Below, piece after piece: positions 39,802-50,276 of a stretch of 64,000 nucleotides of DNA. How positions within the stretch are numbered: position 1 is the first letter of the stretch; each line of letters begins with the position of its first letter. The notes beneath the pieces were generated by a model that had not been told where the DNA came from, made no database searches, and saw only the letters and a program-made list of their open reading frames with translations. Source of the stretch: Armatimonadota bacterium (GTDB lineage Bacteria > Armatimonadota > UBA5829 > DTLH01); assembly GCA_039680575.1 (NCBI GenBank), contig JBDKSP010000071.1:44604-108603 (forward strand), given 5' to 3'. The translations under genes and the position numbers were made by a program.

Positions 39802-40484
39802 TAAATCCCTTTCGATTCCCGTAATCGCAAAACTTTAGTATAGAACAACGAGTCGGACGGTATTTCGAAAGCCGCCAGGTGTTCATGGAGCATAGACTCG
39901 GCCTGCTTTCGCCCCAGACGGTCGGCTGCAATCAGCATCTCAGGCACCCACCGCTCCACCAGGTCCCAGATATAACTGTAGATGCCGAGTGTACGCCCTG
40001 TAATACCGACTTTGGTGATTATGAACTGGCGGTCAAGGTTTATAAGCACCCGGTCAGCGCTGTGCTTTGCGTCGGGTGTGAGCATTCGCTTCAGGTCTAT
40101 TGTGGAGATGGGGCCATACGACTCGATGGCACGATACACCTGCTGCGCTTCGGGTGACAGCAGCCCGTTGAAGATCAATTCATCGGCTACTGCGCCGTTC
40201 GTCGCTATAAAAACAGGCAGCAGTGGATATGACAGGAACCCAGGTTGGCTGCCAAAGACGCGCGTGTAGTATACACGCTTTTCGGTGTGCAGATCGTCCT
40301 TCCAAAACCAGATATCCGGCACGCCGGGGTTGACCTCACCGAGCGCTTCATACTGGCTGGGAAATTCCGGGTACTTTAGCAATGGCTTGCCCGTGCAGCA
40401 CCCGACAGCTTCCACAAAGCGCACCATGTCTTCGGGGTTACGCACCTTTTCCGCCCATTTTTTACGCCACTTGCCTGCACTCAC
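39801..40484 (-). CDS. AlkZ-related winged-helix protein (tentative)
   Basis: WFWKDDL...YYTRVF...PGFLS and a C-terminal wHTH (IESYGPIST.DLK). Stop overlaps the GrpB start. Confidence 0.55.
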   Translation of the reverse strand: MSAGKWRKKWAEKVRNPEDMVRFVEAVGCCTGKPLLKYPEFPSQYEALGEVNPGVPDIWFWKDDLHTEKRVYYTRVFGSQPGFLSYPLLPVFIATNGAVADELIFNGLLSPEAQQVYRAIESYGPISTIDLKRMLTPDAKHSADRVLINLDRQFIITKVGITGRTLGIYSYIWDLVERWVPEMLIAADRLGRKQAESMLHEHLAAFEIPSDSLFYTKVLRLRESKGI

Positions 40485-40600
40485 GACCGAACCAACCTTT
40501 CATTGCAGCAAAATACAATATCATCATACCATGCTGCTTATCAAGGTTGGAAATCCGGCGGATTTTGTCTGTGAAGCGAGGTAGCAACAGCATCTTGAAG

Positions 40601-40658
40601 AAAGCCGGGACTAAACCCCGCAAGCTAAACTGGTTTCATAGGGCTCAGTCCCGGTTTT
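40601..40658. repeat. Inverted repeat (terminator or REP-like)
   Basis: AAAGCCGGGACTAAACCC / GGGCTCAGTCCCGGTTTT. Confidence 0.45.
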
Positions 40659-40691
40659 CCCGGTTCAGTAGGCTTTATGTCCGAACCTGGA

Positions 40692-41192
40692 CTACATCCG
40701 TCTTGACTCTATCTTGCTTTCGACGACGTTCCTGATAAGGCGTCGTGTTCGTTCAACGAACGCCATCTTGTCGGCGAGACAAGTCTCAAGTAATAGGCCG
40801 ACTCCGTAGTTACCCGTTACATCGGCCGCTTCAGTCAGAGCCACAAATTCACCGATGCGGAGATGGTTCAGATGGCTTGCCTTGATCAGAATGTATAAAC
40901 GCCGCGCTGCAGGAGAATCTATCTCAGAAAGCTCCTTGCGGAAGTCCTCTACAAACACGTCATGAAGCCGTCCGGTGGGTTTCACTGGACTCTCGCCTAT
41001 CATGTCGAAGCACTTATCGATAGTATTCAGAACCTTGTTTGATACAAAGGCTCTGGCCTGCAGGGCATCCTTAATGTCCGGATTATCAGCTTCCTCACTC
41101 ATCATCTGATAAATGGTAGTTGCGTTCTCCGTGCCCTGCCGCACGTTGCTCAGTATTTTCACAAATAGATCCTTCTGGTTTCCAATTGCCAT
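40692..41192 (-). CDS. DUF892/YciF-like ferritin-like stress protein
   Basis: Four-helix pattern (LFVKILS..., A.NPDIKDAL, IDKCFDMIG, LL..CL). AAGGAG RBS. Confidence 0.7.
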   Translation of the reverse strand: MAIGNQKDLFVKILSNVRQGTENATTIYQMMSEEADNPDIKDALQARAFVSNKVLNTIDKCFDMIGESPVKPTGRLHDVFVEDFRKELSEIDSPAARRLYILIKASHLNHLRIGEFVALTEAADVTGNYGVGLLLETCLADKMAFVERTRRLIRNVVESKIESRRM

Positions 41193-41421
41193 AATATTTG
41201 CTCCTTTTCAGCACATGTATCAGTTATGATGTTGCCTTCTGGACCGATCATTGTGGCATATATTCCCATAAGCAAGCACGAATATGGCAAGAGCGCACAG
41301 AAATATTTCGGACAAATTGAAAACCGATGCCGTCTATTGAGTAACCGCCCACACAACATATTTCGGCAAAAAAACCGAGATTCCCATCCCGGACCTCTTC
41401 TCAAAACTATGAAATTTCCCC

Positions 41422-42000
41422 CTACATCGCCTGTGCGGGCTCTTTTTTGGGCTTTACACCTTCGCTGAAGAGTTGGACCATTGCCTGGTTGAAGGCTGGA
41501 AGGTCTCTCGGAGAGCGGCTAGTCACCCAGTTGTTGTCTACCACCACTTCCTGGTCCACCCAGTTGCCTCCGGCGTTTACAATGTCGTCCTTGATCGTGT
41601 GATAGCTGGTGAGTGTCCGGCCTTTGACGAGTCCGGCGGAGACGAGTGTCCACGGGGCGTGGCAGATGACGGCAATCGGTTTTCCGGCCTCATCGAACTG
41701 TCGGACGAACTCTTTTGCCTTGTCGTTTGCTCTTAACTGGTCGGGGTTCAATGCGCCGCCCGGAAGAAGGAGAGCGTCAAAATCGTCAGCATTTGCGTCG
41801 TTAAGCGGTACATCCACATTGAACTTATCCGCGGGTTTATCGTGGTTTACCCCCTGAACCTGTCCTTCCGCTGGCGAGACTATAAACGTCTGAGCCCCTG
41901 CGTATGAAAGGGCTTTTCTGGGCTCGGTCAGCTCTACCTGTTCGAAGTCATCAGCGACAAGAATCGCTACTTTTTTGCCATCGAGAGTCCTTTGTGCCAT
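41422..42000 (-). CDS. PfpI/DJ-1 family protein (YhbO-like)
   Basis: FEQVEL, LLPGG..NPDQLR, ICHAPW, TSRSPRDL. Confidence 0.95.
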   Translation of the reverse strand: MAQRTLDGKKVAILVADDFEQVELTEPRKALSYAGAQTFIVSPAEGQVQGVNHDKPADKFNVDVPLNDANADDFDALLLPGGALNPDQLRANDKAKEFVRQFDEAGKPIAVICHAPWTLVSAGLVKGRTLTSYHTIKDDIVNAGGNWVDQEVVVDNNWVTSRSPRDLPAFNQAMVQLFSEGVKPKKEPAQAM

Positions 42001-42038
42001 TTAATTACCTCCCTGTCCGAAATCTCAATAAATAATCG

Positions 42039-42064
42039 TTACCCGGTCAGCAGACTCAGGAAAC
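42039..42064 (-). promoter_or_regulatory. SigB/SigF-type promoter of the PfpI gene
   Basis: Minus strand GTTTCC-N14-GGGTAA, 39 nt upstream of the ATG. PfpI homologues are known SigB targets in Bacillus. Confidence 0.6.
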
Positions 42065-42069
42065 GCGAG

Positions 42070-42137
42070 GGAGTGGATGTCGTGCTTCTCCCCGTGGTCC
42101 GGTAGGTCCACGGGGTGGATGAAAGGCGATCCCGGGA
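42070..42137 (+). repeat. Family A fragment interrupted by palindromic module P
   Basis: GTGGATGTCGTGCTTC-[TCCCCGTGGTCCGGTAGGTCCACGGGGT]-GGATGAAAGGCGATCCCG. Confidence 0.7.
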
Positions 42138-42344
42138 TTTCGACACTTGCAGTGTCGGCTTCGGCAGCTATCGCGCTTTCTTTGAAAGCGCTGTCGCGGC
42201 AGCATCATCTATAGATGCGAGAGCAAGCAGTCCGAAGCAACGGAACGTCTTGCTGAACTTGATTCAGCATCCAGGAAGAATGGGCATGGATGCCCTGGAG
42301 AATGGGGACCGGGGCAGGATCCCCCGGCCCATCAGAAATCTGAC

Positions 42345-44024
42345 TTATACCTCGGTAAAAACGGGAATAATCATCGGGCGGCGGCCCGTAGTCACGTGGA
42401 GATACTTGCCCAGCGCGCTTCTCATAGCTGGTTTGATAGCGTCCCACTGGGTCACGCCGTCGGCCATCATCTCATCGGCTTTACGGAGCATCACTTCCTT
42501 AGCTTCGTCCATAATCTCTTCTTCATGCTCAGGGATTACGAACCCCCTGGAGACGATATCCGGGCCGGAGATGATCTTCCCTGTGGATTTGTCGATAGTC
42601 CCGACAACTACGATGACCCCGTCCTGCGACAGGTGCCGCCGGTCTCGTAGGACAACATCGGTTACATCGCCGACACCCATTCCATCTACCATAACGCTGC
42701 CGTACTGGTCGATCTTACCGGCAATCTGCCCGCCTTCTTTGTCGATTTCGAGAATATCGCCTATTTCGAGCCCGATCACGCTCTCTGGACCGTAGCCCAT
42801 ACCCTGCGCCAGTTCGACATACTTGGCAAAATGCCTCGGCTCGCCGTGGACAGGTATTATGTAGCTCGGCCTGAGGAGGCTCAGCATCAGCCGAAGGTCT
42901 CCCTGATTGCCGTGGCCGGAAACATGGACCGGGGCTATTGCGTCGTATATTACCTTTGCGCCTTGTCTGAACAAATTGTTGATCGTCCGCATCACGAGGT
43001 CTTCATTGCCCGGAATAGGCGTAGCGGAGATGATTACCGTATCGCCAGGGCCGATTTTGATCTTCTTATGCTCGTCCATTGCCATTCGAGTGAGAGCTGA
43101 GAGCGGCTCACCCTGGCTGCCTGTCGTCATGACGACTACATCTTTCTGATCGACAGACGAAAGTTCGGAAAGGGTTATTCTGGTGTCATCCGGGACCTTC
43201 AGATACCCTAATTGCTCGGCAATTTCGCTGTTCCTGGCCATACTGCGGCCGATTACGAGCACTTTTTTGCCGTAGCGGTGAGCTGCGTTGAATACTTCCT
43301 GCATCCGGTGGATGTTCGATGCAAATGTTGCGATAATAATCCGTCCGTCTGCCTCGGCAAATGCTTCATTCAGCGCGTCTCTCACGACCGTTTCGCTCGG
43401 AGTATAGCCCTTTTTCTCGACGTTCGTGGAATCGGTCATCATCACGAGCACGCCTTCATTGCCGAGCTGTGCAAACCGTGCAGCATCTATGGTAAGCCCC
43501 GATGCAGGAGTGTAATCGAACTTAAAATCGCTTGTGTAGACGATTGTTCCGGCAGGGGTCCTGATGGCAAGTCCGGTGGCATCCGGTATGCTGTGGCTGA
43601 CGCGGATGAACTCCACCTCGAAGCTCCGTTTGAACTTGGCTACATCTCCGGATTTGACTTCATTCATCTCGACTGACTCGGCCAAGTCGTGCTCTTCGAG
43701 CTTTGCTTGAATAAGGCCGAGAGTCAGACGGCTTCCCCAGATCGGCACATCCATCTGGTTCAATATATAAGGCAGCGCGCCGATGTGGTCCTCATGCCCG
43801 TGCGTCAGGATTATTCCGACGACTTTTTTCTTATTTTCCAGAAGATAGCTGATATCTGGAATGACTATGTCTACCCCGAGCATTTCATCTTCGGGGAACA
43901 TAAGCCCGGCGTCGACTACAAGAATATCATTGCCGTATCTGATGGCGAACATATTCTTGCCTATTTCGCCGACTCCGCCGAGCGGGATAATTTGCAGTGG
44001 TTTAGGATTGTCTGATATACGCAT
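42345..44024 (-). CDS. rnj: Ribonuclease J
   Basis: PLGGVGEIGKN, THGHEDHIG, HSIPD, DFKFD, TGSQGEP, HVSGH, PVHGE, RRPMIIP. Confidence 0.98.
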   Translation of the reverse strand: MRISDNPKPLQIIPLGGVGEIGKNMFAIRYGNDILVVDAGLMFPEDEMLGVDIVIPDISYLLENKKKVVGIILTHGHEDHIGALPYILNQMDVPIWGSRLTLGLIQAKLEEHDLAESVEMNEVKSGDVAKFKRSFEVEFIRVSHSIPDATGLAIRTPAGTIVYTSDFKFDYTPASGLTIDAARFAQLGNEGVLVMMTDSTNVEKKGYTPSETVVRDALNEAFAEADGRIIIATFASNIHRMQEVFNAAHRYGKKVLVIGRSMARNSEIAEQLGYLKVPDDTRITLSELSSVDQKDVVVMTTGSQGEPLSALTRMAMDEHKKIKIGPGDTVIISATPIPGNEDLVMRTINNLFRQGAKVIYDAIAPVHVSGHGNQGDLRLMLSLLRPSYIIPVHGEPRHFAKYVELAQGMGYGPESVIGLEIGDILEIDKEGGQIAGKIDQYGSVMVDGMGVGDVTDVVLRDRRHLSQDGVIVVVGTIDKSTGKIISGPDIVSRGFVIPEHEEEIMDEAKEVMLRKADEMMADGVTQWDAIKPAMRSALGKYLHVTTGRRPMIIPVFTEV

Positions 44025-44082
44025 GTCGGTGTTTAGTATACAACAGGATTTTTCTTATCGCAAATGGGGAAGGGCACAGAAT

Positions 44083-44232
44083 GGATTGGCGTATGTCGTA
44101 CTTCGTGACGAACTACGGTCTCGAAGCATAAAAATGGAAATTGGGGTTATAGGTTGAGAAGGATTTAGGATTTAGTGGAGATGGTGTAAGTTTCCATCAC
44201 CAGTCCCTAAACCCTATATCCTTTATTCTAAA
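44083..44232. repeat. Family A core hairpin followed by inverted heptamer arrays
   Basis: GGATTGGCGTATGTCGTACTTCGTGACGAACTACGGTCTCGAAGCATA, then GGATTTA x2 ... CCCTAAA/CCCTATA/TCCTTTA. Confidence 0.6.
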
Positions 44233-44246
44233 GTCTCTCTTATTGA

Positions 44247-45539
44247 CTACAGTTTGAGCATTTCGGGCTTGAGCAATATGGTCTGCTCGCGGCCTCGGCC
44301 TACGGAAACCAGGACTACCGGCACTCCGACCGCTTCCGATATGTGCTTTATGTAATTCTGGGCGTTTACAGGAAGGTCATCATAGCTCCTCGCGCCGCTT
44401 ATGTCCTCTTTCCAGCCCGGCAGCTCTTCGTAGACCGGCTTGCACTGCCCGAGTTTAACCGGATCGGTCGGGAAGTCCTCAACCCTCTCGCCGTTCAGAT
44501 CGTAAGCTGTGCAGACGCAGATTTTGTCCAGCCCGGAGAGCACGTCCATCGATATAAGCGCGATGCCATCGACTGCGCTGACGAGTGCTGAAAGCCTTAC
44601 GGCCACAGCATCGAACCATCCGCATCTCCTCGGTCGGCCTGTGGTCGTCCCATACTCTTTGCCGCGCTCGCGGAGGTAATTTCCGGTCTCGTTCTCAAGC
44701 TCTGTCGGGAACCAGCCCTCTCCCACGCGGGTCGTGTAGGATTTGGCAACGCCGATCACTTTGCCGATCATCGTCGGGCCGACGCCGGTCCCGATGCAGG
44801 CGCCTCCTGCTATCGTGTGAGACGATGTGACATAAGGATATGTGCCGTGGTCGATGTCCAGAAGCGTGCCGTGTGCGCCCTCAAAGACGATTCTCTTGCC
44901 CGCTTTGGCCTCTCTATGGAGCATGTGGGTCGTATCGGCGACAAATGGTGCGATTCTTTCTGCGTAGGCAGAGTACTCGGCGAATATTTCATCTTCAGAA
45001 AGCGGTTCGTGCTCGTATACCTTCGTCAGGATCTCGTTTTTTACGCTGAGAGCCTGGGAAAGCTTCTTACGGAACTGTTTCGGGTCGATAAGTTCCGATA
45101 TTCTGATCCCTATACGGGAGATTTTGTCTGCGTAGCAGGGACCTATGCCCCGGCCGGTCGTCCCGATCTTCCGGTCACCCTTCCGGCCCTCCTCCAGGCG
45201 ATCGAAAAGCTTGTGGTAAGGCATAATCACGTGAGCATTACCGCTGATCTTCAGGCTCTTGCCGTTGTAACCTCTCTCTGTCAGAGAATCGAGTTCTTCG
45301 ACCAGGACTGATGGATCGATTACTACACCGTCGGCGATTATGCTGGTTACACCTTTGTTCAGCGCGCCTACCGGGAGCGTGTGGAACTTGAAGATCTCTC
45401 CATCGATGACTACCGTGTGACCGGCGTTGTTTCCGCCGTTATATCTCACGACTATATCAGCATTCTGGGAGACGTAGTCTACGACTTTTCCTTTAGCCTC
45501 GTCACCCCACTGCATACCTACCACGACTATACTTGGCAT
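44247..45539 (-). CDS. purA: Adenylosuccinate synthetase
   Basis: QWGDEAKGK, GGNNAGHT, GTTGRGIGP, EYGTTTGRPRRCGW. Confidence 0.99.
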   Translation of the reverse strand: MPSIVVVGMQWGDEAKGKVVDYVSQNADIVVRYNGGNNAGHTVVIDGEIFKFHTLPVGALNKGVTSIIADGVVIDPSVLVEELDSLTERGYNGKSLKISGNAHVIMPYHKLFDRLEEGRKGDRKIGTTGRGIGPCYADKISRIGIRISELIDPKQFRKKLSQALSVKNEILTKVYEHEPLSEDEIFAEYSAYAERIAPFVADTTHMLHREAKAGKRIVFEGAHGTLLDIDHGTYPYVTSSHTIAGGACIGTGVGPTMIGKVIGVAKSYTTRVGEGWFPTELENETGNYLRERGKEYGTTTGRPRRCGWFDAVAVRLSALVSAVDGIALISMDVLSGLDKICVCTAYDLNGERVEDFPTDPVKLGQCKPVYEELPGWKEDISGARSYDDLPVNAQNYIKHISEAVGVPVVLVSVGRGREQTILLKPEMLKL

Positions 45540-45553
45540 TAAAAACTCCTAAG

Positions 45554-45629
45554 AGCACGTTTCAACAATTGGATTCAACAAGCTGAGGTATGATATGACC
45601 TTACGCTGCTGGATTCGAAACACGCTATA
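45554..45629 (-). repeat. Long hairpin/MITE-like element in the purA leader
   Basis: Minus strand TATAGCGTGTTTCGA...TTGAAACGTGCT closing stem with inner helices, ending just before the RBS. Confidence 0.45.
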
Positions 45630-45812
45630 AGTGGAATAGCTAGCACTGGACATTCGATTTTGCGGCCAGTACCAGCAGGCAGTATATCAAAATGAGAGTC
45701 CCATGTCAAACCGCAAGCGGGACTCGGTTCCAATTGCATTCAGAGACTATTATTTTCCTGTTATTGAGCTTGTGTAATAGGCTATAATGTAGCTTTAGTC
45801 AGGATATTATTA

Positions 45813-47264
45813 ATGACCGAACCTTTGAAACAATCTGATAACAAGCACGGGCGCGACTTGACCGTCGGGAGTATTCCCCGGCACCTGGTAATGTTTTCGC
45901 TCCCGATGCTTGCCGGAAATGCGATCCAGGTCGCCTATAGTCTCGTCAACGGGATATGGGTGGGTAAATTTCTAGGCAGTACCCAGCTTGCGGCAGTGAC
46001 GGACAGCATGCCGGTTATGTTCCTTTTGATGGCCATCGCCATCGGGCTTACAATCGGGACCAGCATCCTGGCTGCTCAGTTCGCCGGGGCACGTGAATGG
46101 GACCGGTTCCGGCAGTTGGTACAGACCTCCACTGCTATTGTCTTGAGCGCAAGTGTTATCCTTATGGTACTTGGTCAGTTTCTGTCACCGTGGCTCATGC
46201 AATTGATGCATAGTCCAGCGGATGTATATCCATTAGCTGTCAGTTACCTCAAGATATCGCTTTTTTCCATACCGTTCGTATTTGGCCTGTTTTTGTTAAG
46301 CTCCATGCTTCGAGGAGTAGGAGATTCGAAGACGCCGCTTTATTTCCAGGCAGGCGCTCTTGTAATGACAGCTATATTCGATCCGATCCTGATGTTCGGA
46401 TGGCTCGGGTTCCCGCGTATGGGGCTGAACGGAACAGCCGTAGCATCTACCGTTATGCAGATGCTGTGCCTGGCAGTCGGACTGATTTACATCAGGCGCA
46501 AGGACCACATCGCAGCCCCTGACTGGAGGCGACTCAGCATTCACTGGCCTACCGGCAAATTGATACTAAAGATCAGCATTCCGTCGGTTTTGCAGCAGTC
46601 GCTGATCTCACTCGGCATGGTCGCCGTTATGGGATTCGTCAATTCGTTCGGCAAAAACGCCGCGACGGCGTTCGGGGCGGCGATCCGCATAGACCAGGTT
46701 GTTTTCCTTCCGTCCATGACATTCGGCGTTGCCATATCCACGCTTGTCGGGCAGAACATCGGCGCAAACCGCCTTCACAGAGCAAAAGAAACGTTTTTGT
46801 GGGGCATGCTGATCTCCGGGGGCACAGCGCTGGTCCTATCGGTTTTCGCAATTACAATGCCCCGGCTGCTTGTCGGCCTGTTCGTGAAGGGCTACGATCC
46901 ACAGGTAGTAAGGCTTGGAGTAAGCTATCTGCGGATAGTCGGGTTCTGCTATGTGTTCATGGCGATGATGTTCGTAAGCAACGGAGTAATCAACGGCGCG
47001 GGATATACACTCATCACCACACTTATCTCACTTATTTCCCTTTGGGTCGCCCGCGTGCCGCTGGCGGCGTATCTTACCAGCCGTATGCATAAAGTCGAAG
47101 GGGTTTACTATGCCATAGCAATAAGCATCGTGGCTTCGGCTATTATCAGTCAGCTTTACTATTTTACCGGTAAATGGAAACGCCCGATAATCAGGCACCA
47201 ACCTATCCTGGACAGCCCTGCTGCAGGTGATGAGCCTTTCTGCCCTTCATCCGCAGCCGAATAA
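45813..47264 (+). CDS. MATE family efflux transporter
   Basis: DLTVGSI...FSLPM, LRGVGDSKTP, FDPILMFG..GFPRMG, VGQNIGA. ~12 TM segments. Confidence 0.95.
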   Translation: MTEPLKQSDNKHGRDLTVGSIPRHLVMFSLPMLAGNAIQVAYSLVNGIWVGKFLGSTQLAAVTDSMPVMFLLMAIAIGLTIGTSILAAQFAGAREWDRFRQLVQTSTAIVLSASVILMVLGQFLSPWLMQLMHSPADVYPLAVSYLKISLFSIPFVFGLFLLSSMLRGVGDSKTPLYFQAGALVMTAIFDPILMFGWLGFPRMGLNGTAVASTVMQMLCLAVGLIYIRRKDHIAAPDWRRLSIHWPTGKLILKISIPSVLQQSLISLGMVAVMGFVNSFGKNAATAFGAAIRIDQVVFLPSMTFGVAISTLVGQNIGANRLHRAKETFLWGMLISGGTALVLSVFAITMPRLLVGLFVKGYDPQVVRLGVSYLRIVGFCYVFMAMMFVSNGVINGAGYTLITTLISLISLWVARVPLAAYLTSRMHKVEGVYYAIAISIVASAIISQLYYFTGKWKRPIIRHQPILDSPAAGDEPFCPSSAAE

Positions 47265-47445
47265 GAGCCTCTTTTCCAGCTTTCTGCACTAAATTTACCG
47301 CACTGGTCTGTCTCAATTCATCATAAAGCCTTATTATTCAGTTTCGTTGGTAAAGAGCATTGGTAAAACAAGGAGGGACCAAGGGAAAACCGTACATTTA
47401 GAATTACACTTCGAAAGATGAGCATTATCTATGCGGAAAGCGTGA

Positions 47446-49068
47446 TTGCAAATGCCCGAGCGCAATACCGCCGGTACTAACACACATGAAATACAACAAG
47501 ACACGCTCTGTAGTATCCTGATGGACACATGTAGTAAGGTGCATTTCAGTTTCCACGTTGTATCGCCACCTGATTACAAGCTTCTGATGATAAATAATGC
47601 TCAGGTAGGTGCCCTGAAATCCGCCGGGATCAGTGACCCTCTGAAGGAATTCATAGGAAAGCGGCATTGGGACATTTTCCCGGATTGGGAGAATGTGATC
47701 CTGCCGATGTATCAAGAAGTCTGCAAAACCGGAGAAGCGCGGCAGTACAGAAACATAAGGCTCGAAACCCCATCGAGGATAACCTATTGGGATTCTTCAA
47801 TCGTGCCCCACACAGATGCTCAGTCAGGAAAAGTAATATCCATTTCCGTTCTTTCACTGGAAGTTACCGAACAAAAACGGATAGAACAGGAGATCGCCGA
47901 GGCGAAAGACTCTGCCGAACAGGCAGCTGAGCGTGAAGCTCAGGCCAGGGCAACGCTGCAGGTCATACTCGATACCGTCCCTGTCGGAGTGGTAATGGGA
48001 GACGCCGCCACGGGGAAGATCACGTATTTCAGCCCCGGAGCCGTGGATATACTCGGCGGCCCGCTGGCCTCCAACGTTACCGAAGCAATATCGGAGTCCT
48101 ACCGGCTGCTCAAGGCTGAGGACAGGTCTCTGCTTCCGGTAGAAGATATGCCGATATACCGGTCACTCTTGAGGGGCGAGCGCATGATGAATATGGAAGT
48201 CCTTGTGGAGCGGTCTGACGGCAACGAGGTTACAGCGTTGGCAAACAGCGCTCCTGTGCTGAACTCTGAAGGAAATATAACAGGTGCCGTAGTAAGCCTG
48301 ACGGATATTTCTGAGATGGTAGAACTTCGCAGGACGCTGGAAACCCAGCTTACCCAGCTTGAGCGCGCGCTGATCCCCACCCAACCGTCGATTGGGCAGA
48401 GCTGTACGGTCTCTACTGCTTATGTGCCTGCTTCTGCCAGACGTGAAGTCACCGGAGACTTCTACGACGCTTTTACTACAGCCGACGGTAAAGCAGCGTT
48501 GCTGATCGGTGATGTCTCCGGCAAAGGCATAGAAGCCGCATCGCTTGCTGCGGCCACAAGAAGCACCATCCGAGCTCTTGCTTATCACAACTCATCGCCT
48601 TCCACTGCGATGACACAGGCAAACTCAGTGCTTTACTCGCAGCAGCCATGGCTGGGAGCGTTCGTTACTGTGTTTCTAGCCATTTGGGACCCAACCACAG
48701 GCGATCTGGCGTACACAAATGCCGGCCACCCTCCCGGAATCACTTTTCGCCACCGGACAAGTGAAGTAGAGATAATGGAAGTCCCGGGTCTGGTAGTCGG
48801 TGTTAAAGAATATTATCAATACCCCGAATTTCACAGCAAACTGTACCCAAACGACAAGCTCCTGCTCTATACGGACGGGATCAGCGAAGCATGGCCCGGT
48901 TATGGAGAGTTCTTCGGGTCCGAAGGCATAGCAAAAGTCGTCAGAAAACATGGGCATGAAAGCTCTGATAAGCTGGTCGAACGTCTGCTTACCGCTGCAA
49001 GAGACTGGGCGGACGGAGAACTGCGCGATGACACTGCCGTTGTTGCGATGCAGTGTATATTGCGCTGA
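47446..49068 (+). CDS. PAS-domain PP2C/SpoIIE (RsbU-like) phosphatase
   Basis: Two PAS-like regions. VTGDFYD, IGDVSGKG, NAGHPP, LYTDGISE, DDTAV. Confidence 0.9.
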   Translation: MQMPERNTAGTNTHEIQQDTLCSILMDTCSKVHFSFHVVSPPDYKLLMINNAQVGALKSAGISDPLKEFIGKRHWDIFPDWENVILPMYQEVCKTGEARQYRNIRLETPSRITYWDSSIVPHTDAQSGKVISISVLSLEVTEQKRIEQEIAEAKDSAEQAAEREAQARATLQVILDTVPVGVVMGDAATGKITYFSPGAVDILGGPLASNVTEAISESYRLLKAEDRSLLPVEDMPIYRSLLRGERMMNMEVLVERSDGNEVTALANSAPVLNSEGNITGAVVSLTDISEMVELRRTLETQLTQLERALIPTQPSIGQSCTVSTAYVPASARREVTGDFYDAFTTADGKAALLIGDVSGKGIEAASLAAATRSTIRALAYHNSSPSTAMTQANSVLYSQQPWLGAFVTVFLAIWDPTTGDLAYTNAGHPPGITFRHRTSEVEIMEVPGLVVGVKEYYQYPEFHSKLYPNDKLLLYTDGISEAWPGYGEFFGSEGIAKVVRKHGHESSDKLVERLLTAARDWADGELRDDTAVVAMQCILR

Positions 49069-49124
49069 CAATCCCTCGATGTTATACTTGAAACTCAGAA
49101 TATCGATATAACAAAGGAGCTACG

Positions 49125-50213
49125 ATGGATAGCTGGTATCAAGCGTTTAAGGGGCTTGCTCCAAAGCGAATTCCGCACTGGGAGCACTGGTCCTGCCCGG
49201 ATGCTGAGACTTATATGTCCGGCATCGATCATTACGAACATCCCAAGCTCTGCAGAGAGAAGCTGGCGGAGCTCTATCCACAGTTAAGGCTTGAAATACC
49301 CTCGCAGGACAAGCCTATTCCCCGTCCGGAAACCGTTGATATGGATGAAGATTCTGGCGAGGAGCACAAACACCGGGTGCGTTGGGGTGACAGCTACACC
49401 TGGCAGTGGGACTGGGGGCATAATTTCAAAACGGCGGAGGATGCTCTGAAGTTTTCACCTCTCGCACAGGGCGATTTCTCCGATATTCCGGTCGTCGAGT
49501 CGAGAGATTACCGCGACGAGGAAAAGCTCTACCCGATGTGGCGGCAGTGCTTCCCTTCCGAATGGGGAGACAAAGCCCCTGAGGGCTCATCTGCAATGGT
49601 CTCTTTCTACAACACCATGTTCATGTGGCCGCTCCTCACTTTCGGCTGGGAGTTTTTCCTTGAGATCTGCCTGGACGAGCGGTTCGAGCGGATCATGGAC
49701 GAGTTCGCGGAGATAAACAGACGGGTCTTCCGCACGTTTGCCAAGCTTCCGGTCAACTTCATAGTCTGCCATGATGACATCGTCAACTCGAAAGGCCCCA
49801 TCTGCTCGCCTGCGTGGATGAAGAAGTATATCTTCCCGCGTTACGAGGAGTTCTGGAGCATAGTCAAGGCAGCCGGTAAGGAAGTCATATTCATGGTAGA
49901 TGGCTGTATAGACACGTACGCCGACGATATTTTCGCCTGCGGCGCGCGCGGGATCATATCCGAGCCATATACCGACTGGAAAACCATCGCACGCAAGCAC
50001 GAAAACTGCTTTATCGCAGGCGAAGGCGATAACCGGGTCCTTATGAGGAACGACAAGAGCGAGATCAAGGCGATGGTTGAGCAGATGGTCGAAACTTCGA
50101 AGATGACCGGCGGATACATGATGTGTATCGGAAACCACATCCCGTGGAACATCCCGCCGGAGGCTGTGAAGTATTATTTCGATCTCTCTGCTGAACTTGC
50201 AGTCAGAGATTAG
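49125..50213 (+). CDS. Uroporphyrinogen decarboxylase-family protein
   Basis: HDDIV...GP.CSP.WM.KYIFPRY, FMVDG, GGYMMCIGNHI. AAGGAG RBS. Confidence 0.75.
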   Translation: MDSWYQAFKGLAPKRIPHWEHWSCPDAETYMSGIDHYEHPKLCREKLAELYPQLRLEIPSQDKPIPRPETVDMDEDSGEEHKHRVRWGDSYTWQWDWGHNFKTAEDALKFSPLAQGDFSDIPVVESRDYRDEEKLYPMWRQCFPSEWGDKAPEGSSAMVSFYNTMFMWPLLTFGWEFFLEICLDERFERIMDEFAEINRRVFRTFAKLPVNFIVCHDDIVNSKGPICSPAWMKKYIFPRYEEFWSIVKAAGKEVIFMVDGCIDTYADDIFACGARGIISEPYTDWKTIARKHENCFIAGEGDNRVLMRNDKSEIKAMVEQMVETSKMTGGYMMCIGNHIPWNIPPEAVKYYFDLSAELAVRD

Positions 50214-50276
50214 GATAGAGGATCTAGGATTCAGGAGGGAGATGGTGGTAATCTGCACCATCCATCCTGAATCCTT
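50211..50276. repeat. Heptamer array with inverted counterpart
   Basis: AGGATAG AGGATCT AGGATTC AGGAGGG ... ATCCTGAATCCT. Similar to 44160-44232. Confidence 0.55.

Noticed and set aside
47370..47480. Strong AAGGAGG with a possible short leader peptide before the PP2C gene
   Set aside because: No start codon at a suitable distance from the RBS.
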